Origin: Alphaproteobacteria bacterium
GTDB lineage: Bacteria; Pseudomonadota; Alphaproteobacteria; Rickettsiales; SXRF01
Direction of reading: 5' to 3'
DNA: 61,567 bases
Assembly (NCBI GenBank): GCA_009926845.1
Contig: RFOF01000001.1
Span: forward strand, 1-61,567
Within the stretch, counting starts at the first letter, position 1, and the number at the start of each line of letters is the position of its first letter. The translations under genes were made by a program, and so were the position numbers. Below are positions 16,535 to 27,646 of the stretch, in pieces. The notes beneath the pieces were generated by a model, which was given only the letters and a program-made list of their open reading frames with translations, had not been told where the DNA came from and searched no databases.

Positions 16535-17212
16535 TTATAGCTGAAAATTTACCACTCTGCAAATATCGCTCAGGTTACCAACAGTAATAACTTGATGAGC
16601 ATGTTTTCCCACAAAGGGCTGCATTTGATGTGTGAGAAGATAATTTAAATTGTTTACATCAAAAGCGTTCTTATCTTTAGCAAAGGCAAAGCGATATTCT
16701 TTTTCTGAAAAGAATGGGGCGATTAGCTTGGACATTATAATTTGGTCTGGACAGGAATTTCGTGTGCCTGGCACGTTTTCATGTGAATAATAATCAACAG
16801 CACCTGAAAGAAGAGTGGGGTTTTTAATTGTCCCCATTCTAATTCTTTTACGAAGAGCTATTTTAAGCCTTTGTTCAAATACTTCTAAATTGAAGATTTC
16901 AATGCAACTGACCGCATTAAACTGCTTGAAAAGCGTATCGCTTAACTCAGTGCTTGTGCAAAATACGAATACACGTTCAGGCTTTTTTAGTTTTGAAATT
17001 AAGGTTCTTTGGTCAAGAAATGTTTCGTATGAATTTCTTGTAATTTCCAATCCGTGAGCTGGTCGATAAAGATTAGAGCCTTCAAATATATCTCTTCGAG
17101 CTTTATCTTCGCAGGATAAAAAATATGATAATGAGTTGAAATAAACCTCACCCATATTTAAGAACTTATTAGAATGTTCAATGTTACTAAAGTATTTATA
17201 AATTATAGGCAT
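16535..17212 (-). CDS. Hypothetical protein, tentatively DUF2971-like, in an AT-rich islet
   Basis: It is a 225-aa ORF. The N-terminus IYKYFS...NKFLNMGEVYFNSLSYFLSCEDKARRDIFEG resembles the DUF2971 signature (YKY...F..L..F...ED..RGD..EG). Its composition is much more AT-rich than both flanks. Confidence 0.55.
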   Translation of the reverse strand: MPIIYKYFSNIEHSNKFLNMGEVYFNSLSYFLSCEDKARRDIFEGSNLYRPAHGLEITRNSYETFLDQRTLISKLKKPERVFVFCTSTELSDTLFKQFNAVSCIEIFNLEVFEQRLKIALRKRIRMGTIKNPTLLSGAVDYYSHENVPGTRNSCPDQIIMSKLIAPFFSEKEYRFAFAKDKNAFDVNNLNYLLTHQMQPFVGKHAHQVITVGNLSDICRVVNFQL

Positions 17213-17230
17213 ACCACCTAAATAATATCT

Positions 17231-19087
<1,857 letters not shown>

Positions 19088-19101
19088 GTTTATTATTCGC
19101 T

Positions 19102-19683
19102 TTATCTACGCATGTGGTGAAAACAGTTTTTCAATAAAAAATGCATAGGGATGATGGCAAAGACTATCATCGCAGCGGCTAAAAATGCAAGATAGACCAG
19201 CGGCGGCAATGTCGTTTGCACGCCGTCAAAGCCAAACACCCAGTTGACATTATCAGCGGGTTTTGTGAGTGCGTAGGTCAGCGGAAGCACAATAAACATC
19301 ACCCCCATTTGTGCAAAAACTGCGCGCGCGTCATAGCCATAGCGCAGCAGCATATAGATGATGGCAGCCGGCATAGGGAAATGAAACAGGGAAAGCCCGC
19401 GAAGGAAGGGTGAGAGCTGGGAATCAAACATGTAATCGGCCATGTGCCCGAGCGTGCCGCCTGAAAAAAATGCCAACATCCAGATGATCTCCAGCGGCAA
19501 AACGCCTACCGCCATCATGCTCGCAATCAGCCTGTTTTCAAACCACAGCGCAGGTAGCATAAGCAGCAGTGCGATATCAGACAACCAAAGAAAATTGGTG
19601 GGGCCATAAGCCTGCCAGTAAACTGGCACTATGACACCCACCATGAGCGAGTAGGAAAGCTTTATCCAAAGTGGAATCGCCAT
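19102..19683 (-). CDS. Polytopic membrane protein, function unknown
   Basis: It is 193 aa with about 6 hydrophobic helices. Its stop lies 14 nt upstream of the ATPase start on the same strand, so the two are probably co-transcribed. Confidence 0.6.
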   Translation of the reverse strand: MAIPLWIKLSYSLMVGVIVPVYWQAYGPTNFLWLSDIALLLMLPALWFENRLIASMMAVGVLPLEIIWMLAFFSGGTLGHMADYMFDSQLSPFLRGLSLFHFPMPAAIIYMLLRYGYDARAVFAQMGVMFIVLPLTYALTKPADNVNWVFGFDGVQTTLPPLVYLAFLAAAMIVFAIIPMHFLLKNCFHHMRR

Positions 19684-19689
19684 AAAAGA

Positions 19690-20268
19690 TTATTGCCAGA
19701 TTTTGAATTTATCCTGCTCTTCTAATTCAGCGTCTGTTTTTTCCACTGCTTTGGGAGCAGCATGCTCTGTGCGCGGGTTGTTCGCACTCAGACGATTATA
19801 GGCATCGCGGGTGGCCAGTTGCGCCGTTTCCCATGTCAGGCGCGAGGAGCCGCGAGCGCCTTCCCAACCACCGGCAATTTGTGGCGCCACTTCATCAAAC
19901 GCACGTCCGCCATAGAGCGAGAAGGCTTCGATGCCATAGCGATAAGCGGGTGCATAAGCATCATAGCGAGCGGTGGAGTTGAAATAGGCTTGATGTTCAT
20001 GGTTGTCGCGCCAGTAAGCTTCTTCTGCATTGAGGTTGATTTGCTGGGCGACTTCTTTGCCCACTAATGCACCGATGACGCCACCAATGGCAACGCCTGC
20101 CGCCATACCGGGAAGTCCTGCCACTGTGCCAAGCGCTGCGCCTTGAACGGCGCCCGCAACAACAGCGCCATCAATTGCGCCGAGCGCCGCACCAAGCGCG
20201 CCACCGAGTGGGTGATCGCCTATTTTGTTCGAAGGTGCGGGGATGTTTGTTTTTTCTGTCGCGGTCAT
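19690..20268 (-). CDS. Glycine-zipper protein with a conserved Tyr/Trp-rich C-terminal domain
   Basis: The N-terminal GxxxG/A zipper reads GGALGAALGAIDGAVVAGAVQGAALG...GGVIGALVG. It is followed by EEAYWRDNHEHQAYF...YAPAYRYGIEAF...GGWEGARGSSRLTWETA, a recurrent uncharacterised stress-associated module. Confidence 0.6.
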   Translation of the reverse strand: MTATEKTNIPAPSNKIGDHPLGGALGAALGAIDGAVVAGAVQGAALGTVAGLPGMAAGVAIGGVIGALVGKEVAQQINLNAEEAYWRDNHEHQAYFNSTARYDAYAPAYRYGIEAFSLYGGRAFDEVAPQIAGGWEGARGSSRLTWETAQLATRDAYNRLSANNPRTEHAAPKAVEKTDAELEEQDKFKIWQ

Positions 20269-20292
20269 AGTCTTCTCCTTGGGTTGGGGTGG

Positions 20293-21096
20293 TTATAAAA
20301 TAGCCATATTTTCCACGCCAATAGCGGCAATGGGAGTAATGGGAGCGACGATCTTATTGTCCGTTTGTGTCACCACATTCTCTATCGTGTGATAGGTGCT
20401 GGGTTGCAGCGAGGCGATAAAATTCATTGCGAGCGTCAGGGTGTTCAGATTCAATTGTATGGGGTTTTGCTGTGCGATGAGCTGCGCTTGAATATGCTGC
20501 AACAGTGCCTCAGTGAGCTGGTCATTCGCAATGGGTTGCACTATGGCGGCAAGCTGCGCCAACTGCGCAGAATTGGCTGCCGCGGAGCCATTGATGGAAG
20601 TTGTGCCGCCTTGCGCAATGCTTTGCGCTTGCAGACTTAAATCCACCGTGCTGGCATTGTTATTCATGGGGATGTGGTTCTTGTCATACGCCGCCTGCTC
20701 CAATAGCTCCGTATCTTTTTGCAACACCGCCATGTCATGCAGCTGATGCGCCTTGACGCTGTCACTGGTCGCGCTGGTCATATCAGCGCCAAATTGCGTG
20801 AAGAGCGAGAGCGTGGTTGGGTCAGCCGATGGGTCTATATTCGGGTCTTCCGACGCCGGCAGATTGAGCAGGCCACTGCCAAACAACGCCTCCGTCGGCG
20901 CGGTGGCGGGTGTACCATCTAGCGCGTGGGCATTGGTTTCATCATTGCTTTTGGCAATTTCTTTCAAGAACGCGAGCTGATTCGTGTGCGCCGCTGCAGC
21001 CTGCGCCTGCGCCATCGCAATTTGCATGGCGGCGGTGTCAAAAGGCCCAGTGGTCGGTTGCGATGTAATGGCGGCGATGGGGTCGGTCATTTGCAT
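20293..21096 (-). CDS. Hypothetical Ala/Gln-rich protein
   Basis: It is a 267-aa low-complexity ORF with no recognised domain. It lies between two glycine-zipper genes on the same strand. Confidence 0.5.
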   Translation of the reverse strand: MQMTDPIAAITSQPTTGPFDTAAMQIAMAQAQAAAAHTNQLAFLKEIAKSNDETNAHALDGTPATAPTEALFGSGLLNLPASEDPNIDPSADPTTLSLFTQFGADMTSATSDSVKAHQLHDMAVLQKDTELLEQAAYDKNHIPMNNNASTVDLSLQAQSIAQGGTTSINGSAAANSAQLAQLAAIVQPIANDQLTEALLQHIQAQLIAQQNPIQLNLNTLTLAMNFIASLQPSTYHTIENVVTQTDNKIVAPITPIAAIGVENMAIL

Positions 21097-21101
21097 TCCC
21101 T

Positions 21102-21371
21102 CTATGAAGCGGAAGGTTTTTTCGGTGGAATCGTTTTTCCATCCTGCTCCATTTCATCGGCCACAACATATGCCCCCACTGCGCCCGCCGCGCCGCCAAT
21201 GGCAGCACCAACGATTAAACCGGGCAACGCGCCGCCTACACCCACCGCCGCACCAACGGCAACCCCAACGGCGGCAACGGAACCAATCGCACCAATGGCA
21301 CCATTTTCAAACGGATGGTCGGTATGATTCTCAACATGATTCACAATTTTGGTGGGCTTGATATCGGCCAT
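21102..21371 (-). CDS. Small glycine-zipper protein
   Basis: The start at 21371 follows AGGAG. The zipper reads GAIGAIGSVAAVGVAVGAAVGVGGALPGLIVGAAIGGAAGAVGAYV. The track ORF extends to 21410. Confidence 0.6.
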   Translation of the reverse strand: MADIKPTKIVNHVENHTDHPFENGAIGAIGSVAAVGVAVGAAVGVGGALPGLIVGAAIGGAAGAVGAYVVADEMEQDGKTIPPKKPSAS

Positions 21372-21650
21372 AAAAACTCCTGATGAGTAAGGGATGTCTT
21401 TTCCCACCATGTGTTTTTAGGCGTAATGAAGCGATGCGATACGCCTCGCCGAGCATATTTTTTGCGTAAATGTAATTGCTATGGTAAAGAAAAAATGGCT
21501 GGGGGAAACCTCGGCAGAAATCAAGCCACAAAGATTCACTTTAGATTTGACAAAGAATAAAACTTCTGACTTCTATCAGTCCATATAGATTATATAACTA
21601 AGCTCTAAAGCTAAGATATTAAAAATTACTCATCCAAATCAGAGGTTAAA

Positions 21651-22451
21651 ATGGCCGCCGAAGCACTTGAAGAACGCAAAATAAAAGAAATTGAATGGTC
21701 GGATTTTCGCCGCACCCTCACCAAAGAGGAAGATGGTGCTGATTTTGACAAATACAATGCTAATTTGAAGTATTATTGCATAGATAAGGCGCAGACCGAA
21801 GATATTAAAAATTGGCTACTTGCCAACACCAAAGATAAAGATGTTTTTGAAATGGCTTGCGGCAACACTGCTATGTTGCCTCATGTTGCAGGATATGTTC
21901 GCTCTGCTATCGCTGCAGATATTGCACCCGTTACCATTGAACTTGCCAAAAAAGCGGCTCAAGGTAATGCTGACCTAGAAAAAATTGATTACCGTGTTCT
22001 GGATTGTGAAAAAACAGGCCTGCCTGATAGCTCTTTTGATGTAATCCTAGAACAAGGCGCGTTACATCATATGGATTTGGATGCAGCTTACAGTGAGGCG
22101 GCAAGATTGCTGCGCCCAAATGGTAAGTTTTTTTGTTTGGAAGCCATTCGCCACAACCCAATAATCCATCTATACCGCAAAATGACGCCGCATCTGCGCA
22201 CCGCATGGGAAGTGGAACATATTCTTGGGCAACCTCAAGTTATGAAAGGTTTGCAATACTTCAATAAAATTGAAAAGAAGCACTATTTCTTGGTGTCTAT
22301 ATTTGCCGTTCCTTTCCGCAATACCAGTATTTTTAAGCCCCTTCTTGCTGTTCTTGGTGCAATTGATGCAGTGCTTACCAGAATTCCGGTGATTCAATGG
22401 CTTTCATGGCAGTGTATGTTTATTCTGAGCGAGCCTAAGAATAAAAAGTAA
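21651..22451 (+). CDS. Class I SAM-dependent methyltransferase
   Basis: It has motif I-like VFEMACGNT, then VLDCE and FDVILEQGALHHM (Methyltransf_11/25 pattern). It is the first gene of the AT-rich glycan island. Confidence 0.75.
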   Translation: MAAEALEERKIKEIEWSDFRRTLTKEEDGADFDKYNANLKYYCIDKAQTEDIKNWLLANTKDKDVFEMACGNTAMLPHVAGYVRSAIAADIAPVTIELAKKAAQGNADLEKIDYRVLDCEKTGLPDSSFDVILEQGALHHMDLDAAYSEAARLLRPNGKFFCLEAIRHNPIIHLYRKMTPHLRTAWEVEHILGQPQVMKGLQYFNKIEKKHYFLVSIFAVPFRNTSIFKPLLAVLGAIDAVLTRIPVIQWLSWQCMFILSEPKNKK

Positions 22452-22468
22452 AAATTTCGGGGTGCTAA

Positions 22469-24124
22469 ATGGCAATATTATTTTTTATGATTGCCATAGC
22501 TTTTGTAGCGGGCGCATTTTCAATTTATGTTTTTTATAAAAAAGAAGGATTTTATTCGACTACCTTTTTTTTTACAATTTTTTCCTTTCTATACTTTTTA
22601 GCCCTTCCGTTAGAGATGCTGGCAAACGAATATGATGACTTTACATTTGGCTCTTTTGCACATCAGGTCGAGAAGTTAAACGAAAGGATAGTATTGGGTG
22701 ATAATTATACAAATTATCGGCCCACTACATTTGCCGCCATTCGCAAACTAATTCCTGGATATAAAAATGAAACCAATCCACTTGATGACACTTATTTTCT
22801 CAAATTATTATCTGAAAAATATAAAAACCAGCCAGATGCATTTGCCGCTTTTTTAAAAGATGCCAAAGGTAATGTTCGTTATAAGTATCACCCTCTGAAG
22901 TTTGAAAGACCCATTGCAATAAATAATGCATTCCCAAATAGTACAACGGCATCACCATCCGTTTACTATAAAATATACGCAATGGGTGTCATGGCTATTA
23001 TAGCATTTACGATAGGTTATGGCTTATCGGGATTTAAATCACACTTCCCAAATCAGTTAAACTTCAAGCAATTAAGTAAAGCATTATCAATTAGACATAA
23101 AGCTTTTGAAATTTCGCTATTTTCACTCATGATTTTTCTAGTTCTTATTCTGGCATTTTTTTTCTCTGACTTTTTGACCTCTATCTTTAAATCATACGCT
23201 TCAATGTATAATGCAAAACACGGCAATCCATTACCCGCGTTTTTATATGAGGTTTGTTACACATTAAACGCGATACTAGCGGTGTTTATGATTATTAGAA
23301 AAAAACGGCTTTTTTTCTTGATCGGATCACTAATGCTTGCAATCAATATCGCCCTAGGTTTTTTGACCTTTGTAAAAGGGCCAATTGTTTTGGCATTTCT
23401 TGGTATGGGCTATGCCTATTTCTTTTATATTCGCAACCAAAAACTAGCTTATTTAGGGGTGTTGCTCGGAGTATTGTTTGTAGTTTTTATTTTCCTACCT
23501 TTATATACTGTTCTTAGGCATCCAGTTGTGGGTAGGGACTTTGATCTCGCTCGGGCCTCATTCATGGAAAACTTCCAAATAAGTTTTATGAATAAAGAGC
23601 CAGTTGGGCCCATGGGAGCAACTATCATTGCTGTAAGAGAGCCTTTGCCCCTACTTCTAGGAAGTAGTTACATAGACGGTCTGAGCTTATTCATTCCAAG
23701 AGTATTATGGCAAAATCGTCCTCTAGATATAGCAGAATCTTTCGCTAGGACACATGTTCCTAATTGGCGTCCGGGCGAAGGCATGGGGTTCGGTGCCATA
23801 GCTGAGGCATATATCAATTTTGGATTTTATGCTTCTTTTGTAGAGTTTCTGATTTTTGGGTTTTTATGGGGGTGGGTGTGGCGTTGCTTTCAGAAAGCAA
23901 CAGACTTCTTTAGTGCTCCGATATATTTTGATATCATTTATCGAACGGTTGGTTTTAGTATCATGATGCAGTTTTTTAGAGGCTTCATGATGGGAGCGTT
24001 TAAACCATTAATCATGATATTAGTACCAATATCGGCTGCACTTATAGGAATGCAAATTTTACTAAAAATGACTCGTATGTCTCAGCGGAGGTTTTTCAGT
24101 GGTAAAAGTGCTATGGACGCATAG
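22469..24124 (+). CDS. Polytopic membrane protein, putative oligosaccharide repeat-unit polymerase (Wzy-like)
   Basis: It is 551 aa with more than 10 predicted TM helices and a large loop. The call rests on its position in a glycan cluster, not on a diagnostic motif. Confidence 0.45.
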   Translation: MAILFFMIAIAFVAGAFSIYVFYKKEGFYSTTFFFTIFSFLYFLALPLEMLANEYDDFTFGSFAHQVEKLNERIVLGDNYTNYRPTTFAAIRKLIPGYKNETNPLDDTYFLKLLSEKYKNQPDAFAAFLKDAKGNVRYKYHPLKFERPIAINNAFPNSTTASPSVYYKIYAMGVMAIIAFTIGYGLSGFKSHFPNQLNFKQLSKALSIRHKAFEISLFSLMIFLVLILAFFFSDFLTSIFKSYASMYNAKHGNPLPAFLYEVCYTLNAILAVFMIIRKKRLFFLIGSLMLAINIALGFLTFVKGPIVLAFLGMGYAYFFYIRNQKLAYLGVLLGVLFVVFIFLPLYTVLRHPVVGRDFDLARASFMENFQISFMNKEPVGPMGATIIAVREPLPLLLGSSYIDGLSLFIPRVLWQNRPLDIAESFARTHVPNWRPGEGMGFGAIAEAYINFGFYASFVEFLIFGFLWGWVWRCFQKATDFFSAPIYFDIIYRTVGFSIMMQFFRGFMMGAFKPLIMILVPISAALIGMQILLKMTRMSQRRFFSGKSAMDA

Positions 24125-25082
24125 CTTTTCACCGAGCGCGCAAAATTCCGGTGTATTCATGTTCCAACTTATTGAGCCACTTGGAAAAAATGGCGTTAAA
24201 GTAATCCCAATCTATATTGGCGGAATAAAGCAACATCCTATTCAATTTATAAGGTCTATTCCCTCGCTGCTAAAATTGGCAAGGACGTGTGACCTGATTC
24301 ACGCCCAATATGGCTCAATGTGTGGCTTTCTTTCGGTGTTTTTACCTAATAAAAAACTCCTGTCACTGCGTGGATCGGATTGGTACGGAATAGTAGGTAA
24401 AGACTTTAAGACTATAACACACAGTTTTTGTGCGCAGCTTATGACGTCGGTGTCGTTGCCTTTTTATAAAAAAGTCATTGTGATGTCCGAACGGATGGCA
24501 ACAGAAGTGAAGCTGAGATATCCCAAAACCAAAGTAATTAGTTTGCCAGACGGCATCGACCTGCAAAAATTTATACTAATGGATAAAATATCTGCACGCA
24601 GACAGCTGGGATTGAATGAACATGCTAAATACATCCTTTTCACTTCCGCCTGCAGGGGGAATGCTGTTAAACGCGCAGAACTGGCATATGAGGCTTATGC
24701 GATCGCTAAAAATACACTTCCAGATTTGCAGATGTTATTGGCTGAGGGTGTAGATCATAATCTTATGCCAACTTATATCAATGCTTGTGATGTCACTATT
24801 TTAACCTCTATACATGAAGGGTGGCCAAATTGCATAAAAGAGGCATTGGCATGTAATGTTCCGTTTGTTGCAACAGATGTAAGCGACTTACGAGATATTG
24901 CCGACAAAACGCCAGCCTGTAAGGTGGTAGATGCTGATGCCAATAAACTAAGCCAAGCTATAATAGAGACGATAGAGAGTGGCGGAAATTATGACCTTAG
25001 GGCGGTTTTAAAGGATATGGATATTGACCTTTATGCTGAAAAACTTAGCGCTATTTATCAGCGGCTGATAAGTGAGGGCTAA
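24099..25082 (+). CDS. GT4-family (GT-B fold) glycosyltransferase
   Basis: The C-terminal EX7E-type region reads TSIHEGWPNCIKEALACNVPFVATDVSD. A GTG start at 24099 lies 9 nt after GGAG. Confidence 0.8.
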   Translation: MVKVLWTHSFSPSAQNSGVFMFQLIEPLGKNGVKVIPIYIGGIKQHPIQFIRSIPSLLKLARTCDLIHAQYGSMCGFLSVFLPNKKLLSLRGSDWYGIVGKDFKTITHSFCAQLMTSVSLPFYKKVIVMSERMATEVKLRYPKTKVISLPDGIDLQKFILMDKISARRQLGLNEHAKYILFTSACRGNAVKRAELAYEAYAIAKNTLPDLQMLLAEGVDHNLMPTYINACDVTILTSIHEGWPNCIKEALACNVPFVATDVSDLRDIADKTPACKVVDADANKLSQAIIETIESGGNYDLRAVLKDMDIDLYAEKLSAIYQRLISEG

Positions 25083-26074
25083 CCCAAGTTGCTTTTATAA
25101 AATGTTTCTTCCCATTTTAAAGCTGTGCTCATCATCTCATTTAGGCTGTCATATTTAGGTATCCAGTTTAGTTTTTTGCGCATTTTATCGTTACATGCAA
25201 TAATCTGGACTATGTCACCGTTGCGTCTTGCGCCAAATTCATAGCTCATTTTCTTTTCGAGCACAGTTTCCATCGTATTAATTAATTGCATTATTGAAAA
25301 CCCATGCCCATAACCGCAATTCATTAATAAAGGTGATTTTTCATTAGATAAATATTCCAATGTTAGTCTGTGTGCATTGGCTAAATCGGAAACATGGACA
25401 AAATCGCGCACACACGTCCCATCTGGAGTATCATAATCGTTTCCATAAATGGTAAAGCATTCTTGCTTTCCTAGCGCCGCGCGGCATAATGAAGAAAACA
25501 CGCTGCTTGAATTCGCGTTAGGTTGTCCGGTGCGCCCTTTGGGGTCGGCTCCCACCACATTAAAATAACGTAATATTCCGAATTTTATTGATGTAACGCG
25601 CGAAAAATCCCCAATAAATTGTTCAGCCATTAATTTAGAAGAGCCATAAGGCGTAACTGGACGACAATATGTTTCTTCGTCCACTAATATTGAGATTGGG
25701 TTACCATATACTGCAGCGGTTGATGACAATAAAAATTTGGAGATATTTTTCTTATCACAAAAGGCAATCAATTCAATTGTTTTTGCAGAATTTTCACGAT
25801 AATATTCAATGGGTTTCACGAGCGACTCGGCAGCATCTATAAGTGCTGCGCAGTGAATGACTGAATCTATTTTATGGTCATTAAATATAGTGTCTAACAA
25901 TGTATGGTCTGTAAAATCTCCCTGAAAAAAATGGGCATTCTTGGGTATGAGAGAAACATTTCCAGTAGACAGGTTATCTAAAATGGTAACTTCGTAGTCA
26001 TTGTCAGAAAATTCATGAGCAATGTGAGAGCCAATGTATCCTGCTCCACCTGTAATCAATATTTTCCCCATCAT
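25079..26074 (-). CDS. galE: UDP-glucose/UDP-GlcNAc 4-epimerase (GalE-family SDR)
   Basis: It has ILITGGAGYIGSH (Rossmann motif), YGSSKLMAE (the YxxxK motif), and GalE-typical length (331 aa). Confidence 0.85.
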   Translation of the reverse strand: MMGKILITGGAGYIGSHIAHEFSDNDYEVTILDNLSTGNVSLIPKNAHFFQGDFTDHTLLDTIFNDHKIDSVIHCAALIDAAESLVKPIEYYRENSAKTIELIAFCDKKNISKFLLSSTAAVYGNPISILVDEETYCRPVTPYGSSKLMAEQFIGDFSRVTSIKFGILRYFNVVGADPKGRTGQPNANSSSVFSSLCRAALGKQECFTIYGNDYDTPDGTCVRDFVHVSDLANAHRLTLEYLSNEKSPLLMNCGYGHGFSIMQLINTMETVLEKKMSYEFGARRNGDIVQIIACNDKMRKKLNWIPKYDSLNEMMSTALKWEETFYKSNLG

Positions 26075-26208
26075 ATTAAAACCTAATCATTTGAACTTTA
26101 AAATAGCGCAAGCATCCATATAATGATTGATTTTGTCAAAGCGTTTATTCATAGTCTTGCTTTGCTAATCGCAGCGATCGCTGCAAACAAATAATAGCCA
26201 TCTATTGG

Positions 26209-27597
26209 ATGCTTATCGAATGGATGTATATCAAAAAACTAGTTTATTATATGAAATCGATTTTCGATCGCTTGTCTTTGTTGATCAAAATAACCTCAGT
26301 ATCAGAACGTCGGTTTTTTGCAGATATATTTAAGCTATCGACATTAACTGCGATGGCAAAAATAATCTCTATTGTGACTTTGCCACTTTTAACGCGTATT
26401 TATGACCCACACGCTTTTGGTACATTAAGTGGCTTTGTAGCGATGCTTGGTATTGTGGGGGCTATCGGAGCTTTTAAAATTGAATATGCCGTATCGTTAC
26501 CGAAATCCTTAAAGAAAGCCAGATACTTGCTCGCAGCATCATTAGTAATTAGCTTAGGCGTAATAGCGCTTACTGCTTTTGGTGCATATTATATATGGCC
26601 CTTATTCTCAAAAGAGCCAGTACCGGTATCGATGTCGGCTTTATTTATAATCAGTAGTGCTGGAGTTTTGTATTTTAGAATTTTTCGCCAATGGCTAACG
26701 CGTATTGAAAGTTATCAAGCCATTGGCTGGAGTCAATGCGATCAATCCATCGTTCAAATGGTATTTCGTATCATTATTCCTTTTATACCAGGTATTTCTC
26801 CTATGCCTGGTTTAATTGCTGGTGATTCTGTCGGGCGTTTGGCGATGTGTTATAGGGTGTGGCGCAAAAGCGCGACTTTCCCGATTCTTAAGTATATTAA
26901 ACGAGTCCGTGTGTGGTGGAACATCCTGAAAGGCTACAGGAAACATTGTATTACACACACGGCATCTGCTTTATTGAACGAATTGCCCATTGCTTTTTTT
27001 TCGTTAACTGTAATATATTTTTATCAAGAGACTCAAGCCGGTTACGTTAGCATGGCCTACCAAGCTGTGCAGGCAGTTGCCAATGTGCTATCGGTTGCTG
27101 TTGCGCATGTATTTTTTGGCAATATCACGGTTATTTTTCATAATCAGCCCAATTTAGTGCATGGGAAATTTATTCGAATAATCTCTCAGCTTTTCTTGTT
27201 AATTCTACCCGGCGCTATATTAATCCTATTTTGGGGGCCATGGATATTTTCTACAATCTTGGGAGAAAAATGGGCAACTTCAGGTGAGTATTGCCGAATA
27301 CTACTGCCATTAATTGTTTCACAGTTAATAATAGGGCCCACACTTAATTTGCTTATATTAACCAGACGAATCCATCGGCAGTTTTTAGCAAACGCTTGCT
27401 GGGTTGTTTCTATTTTATTACTGACAGTAATAGTACATATATTTGATGTCGGAATTGTTGTTTATTTGGCAGCATTTTCATTTTGCTCTACGGCAGTTTA
27501 TCTTTGGCAATTAGCTGAAATTCATTATGCAACTAAAAATCTCGTTATGAGTACAAATGATATCCCAAATGATCACAAAGCATTTCAGATTTCATAA
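26209..27597 (+). CDS. Wzx-like oligosaccharide flippase (MOP superfamily)
   Basis: It is 462 aa with about 12 TM helices. The N-terminal region (FKLSTLTAMAKIISIVTLPLLTRIYDPHAFG) is typical of polysaccharide biosynthesis (flippase) proteins. The true start may be the ATG at 26251. Confidence 0.65.
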   Translation: MLIEWMYIKKLVYYMKSIFDRLSLLIKITSVSERRFFADIFKLSTLTAMAKIISIVTLPLLTRIYDPHAFGTLSGFVAMLGIVGAIGAFKIEYAVSLPKSLKKARYLLAASLVISLGVIALTAFGAYYIWPLFSKEPVPVSMSALFIISSAGVLYFRIFRQWLTRIESYQAIGWSQCDQSIVQMVFRIIIPFIPGISPMPGLIAGDSVGRLAMCYRVWRKSATFPILKYIKRVRVWWNILKGYRKHCITHTASALLNELPIAFFSLTVIYFYQETQAGYVSMAYQAVQAVANVLSVAVAHVFFGNITVIFHNQPNLVHGKFIRIISQLFLLILPGAILILFWGPWIFSTILGEKWATSGEYCRILLPLIVSQLIIGPTLNLLILTRRIHRQFLANACWVVSILLLTVIVHIFDVGIVVYLAAFSFCSTAVYLWQLAEIHYATKNLVMSTNDIPNDHKAFQIS

Positions 27598-27646
27598 ACA
27601 AAATATCCAAGCCCCTGTAGAAACAACGCAAAACAACTGACGTATA

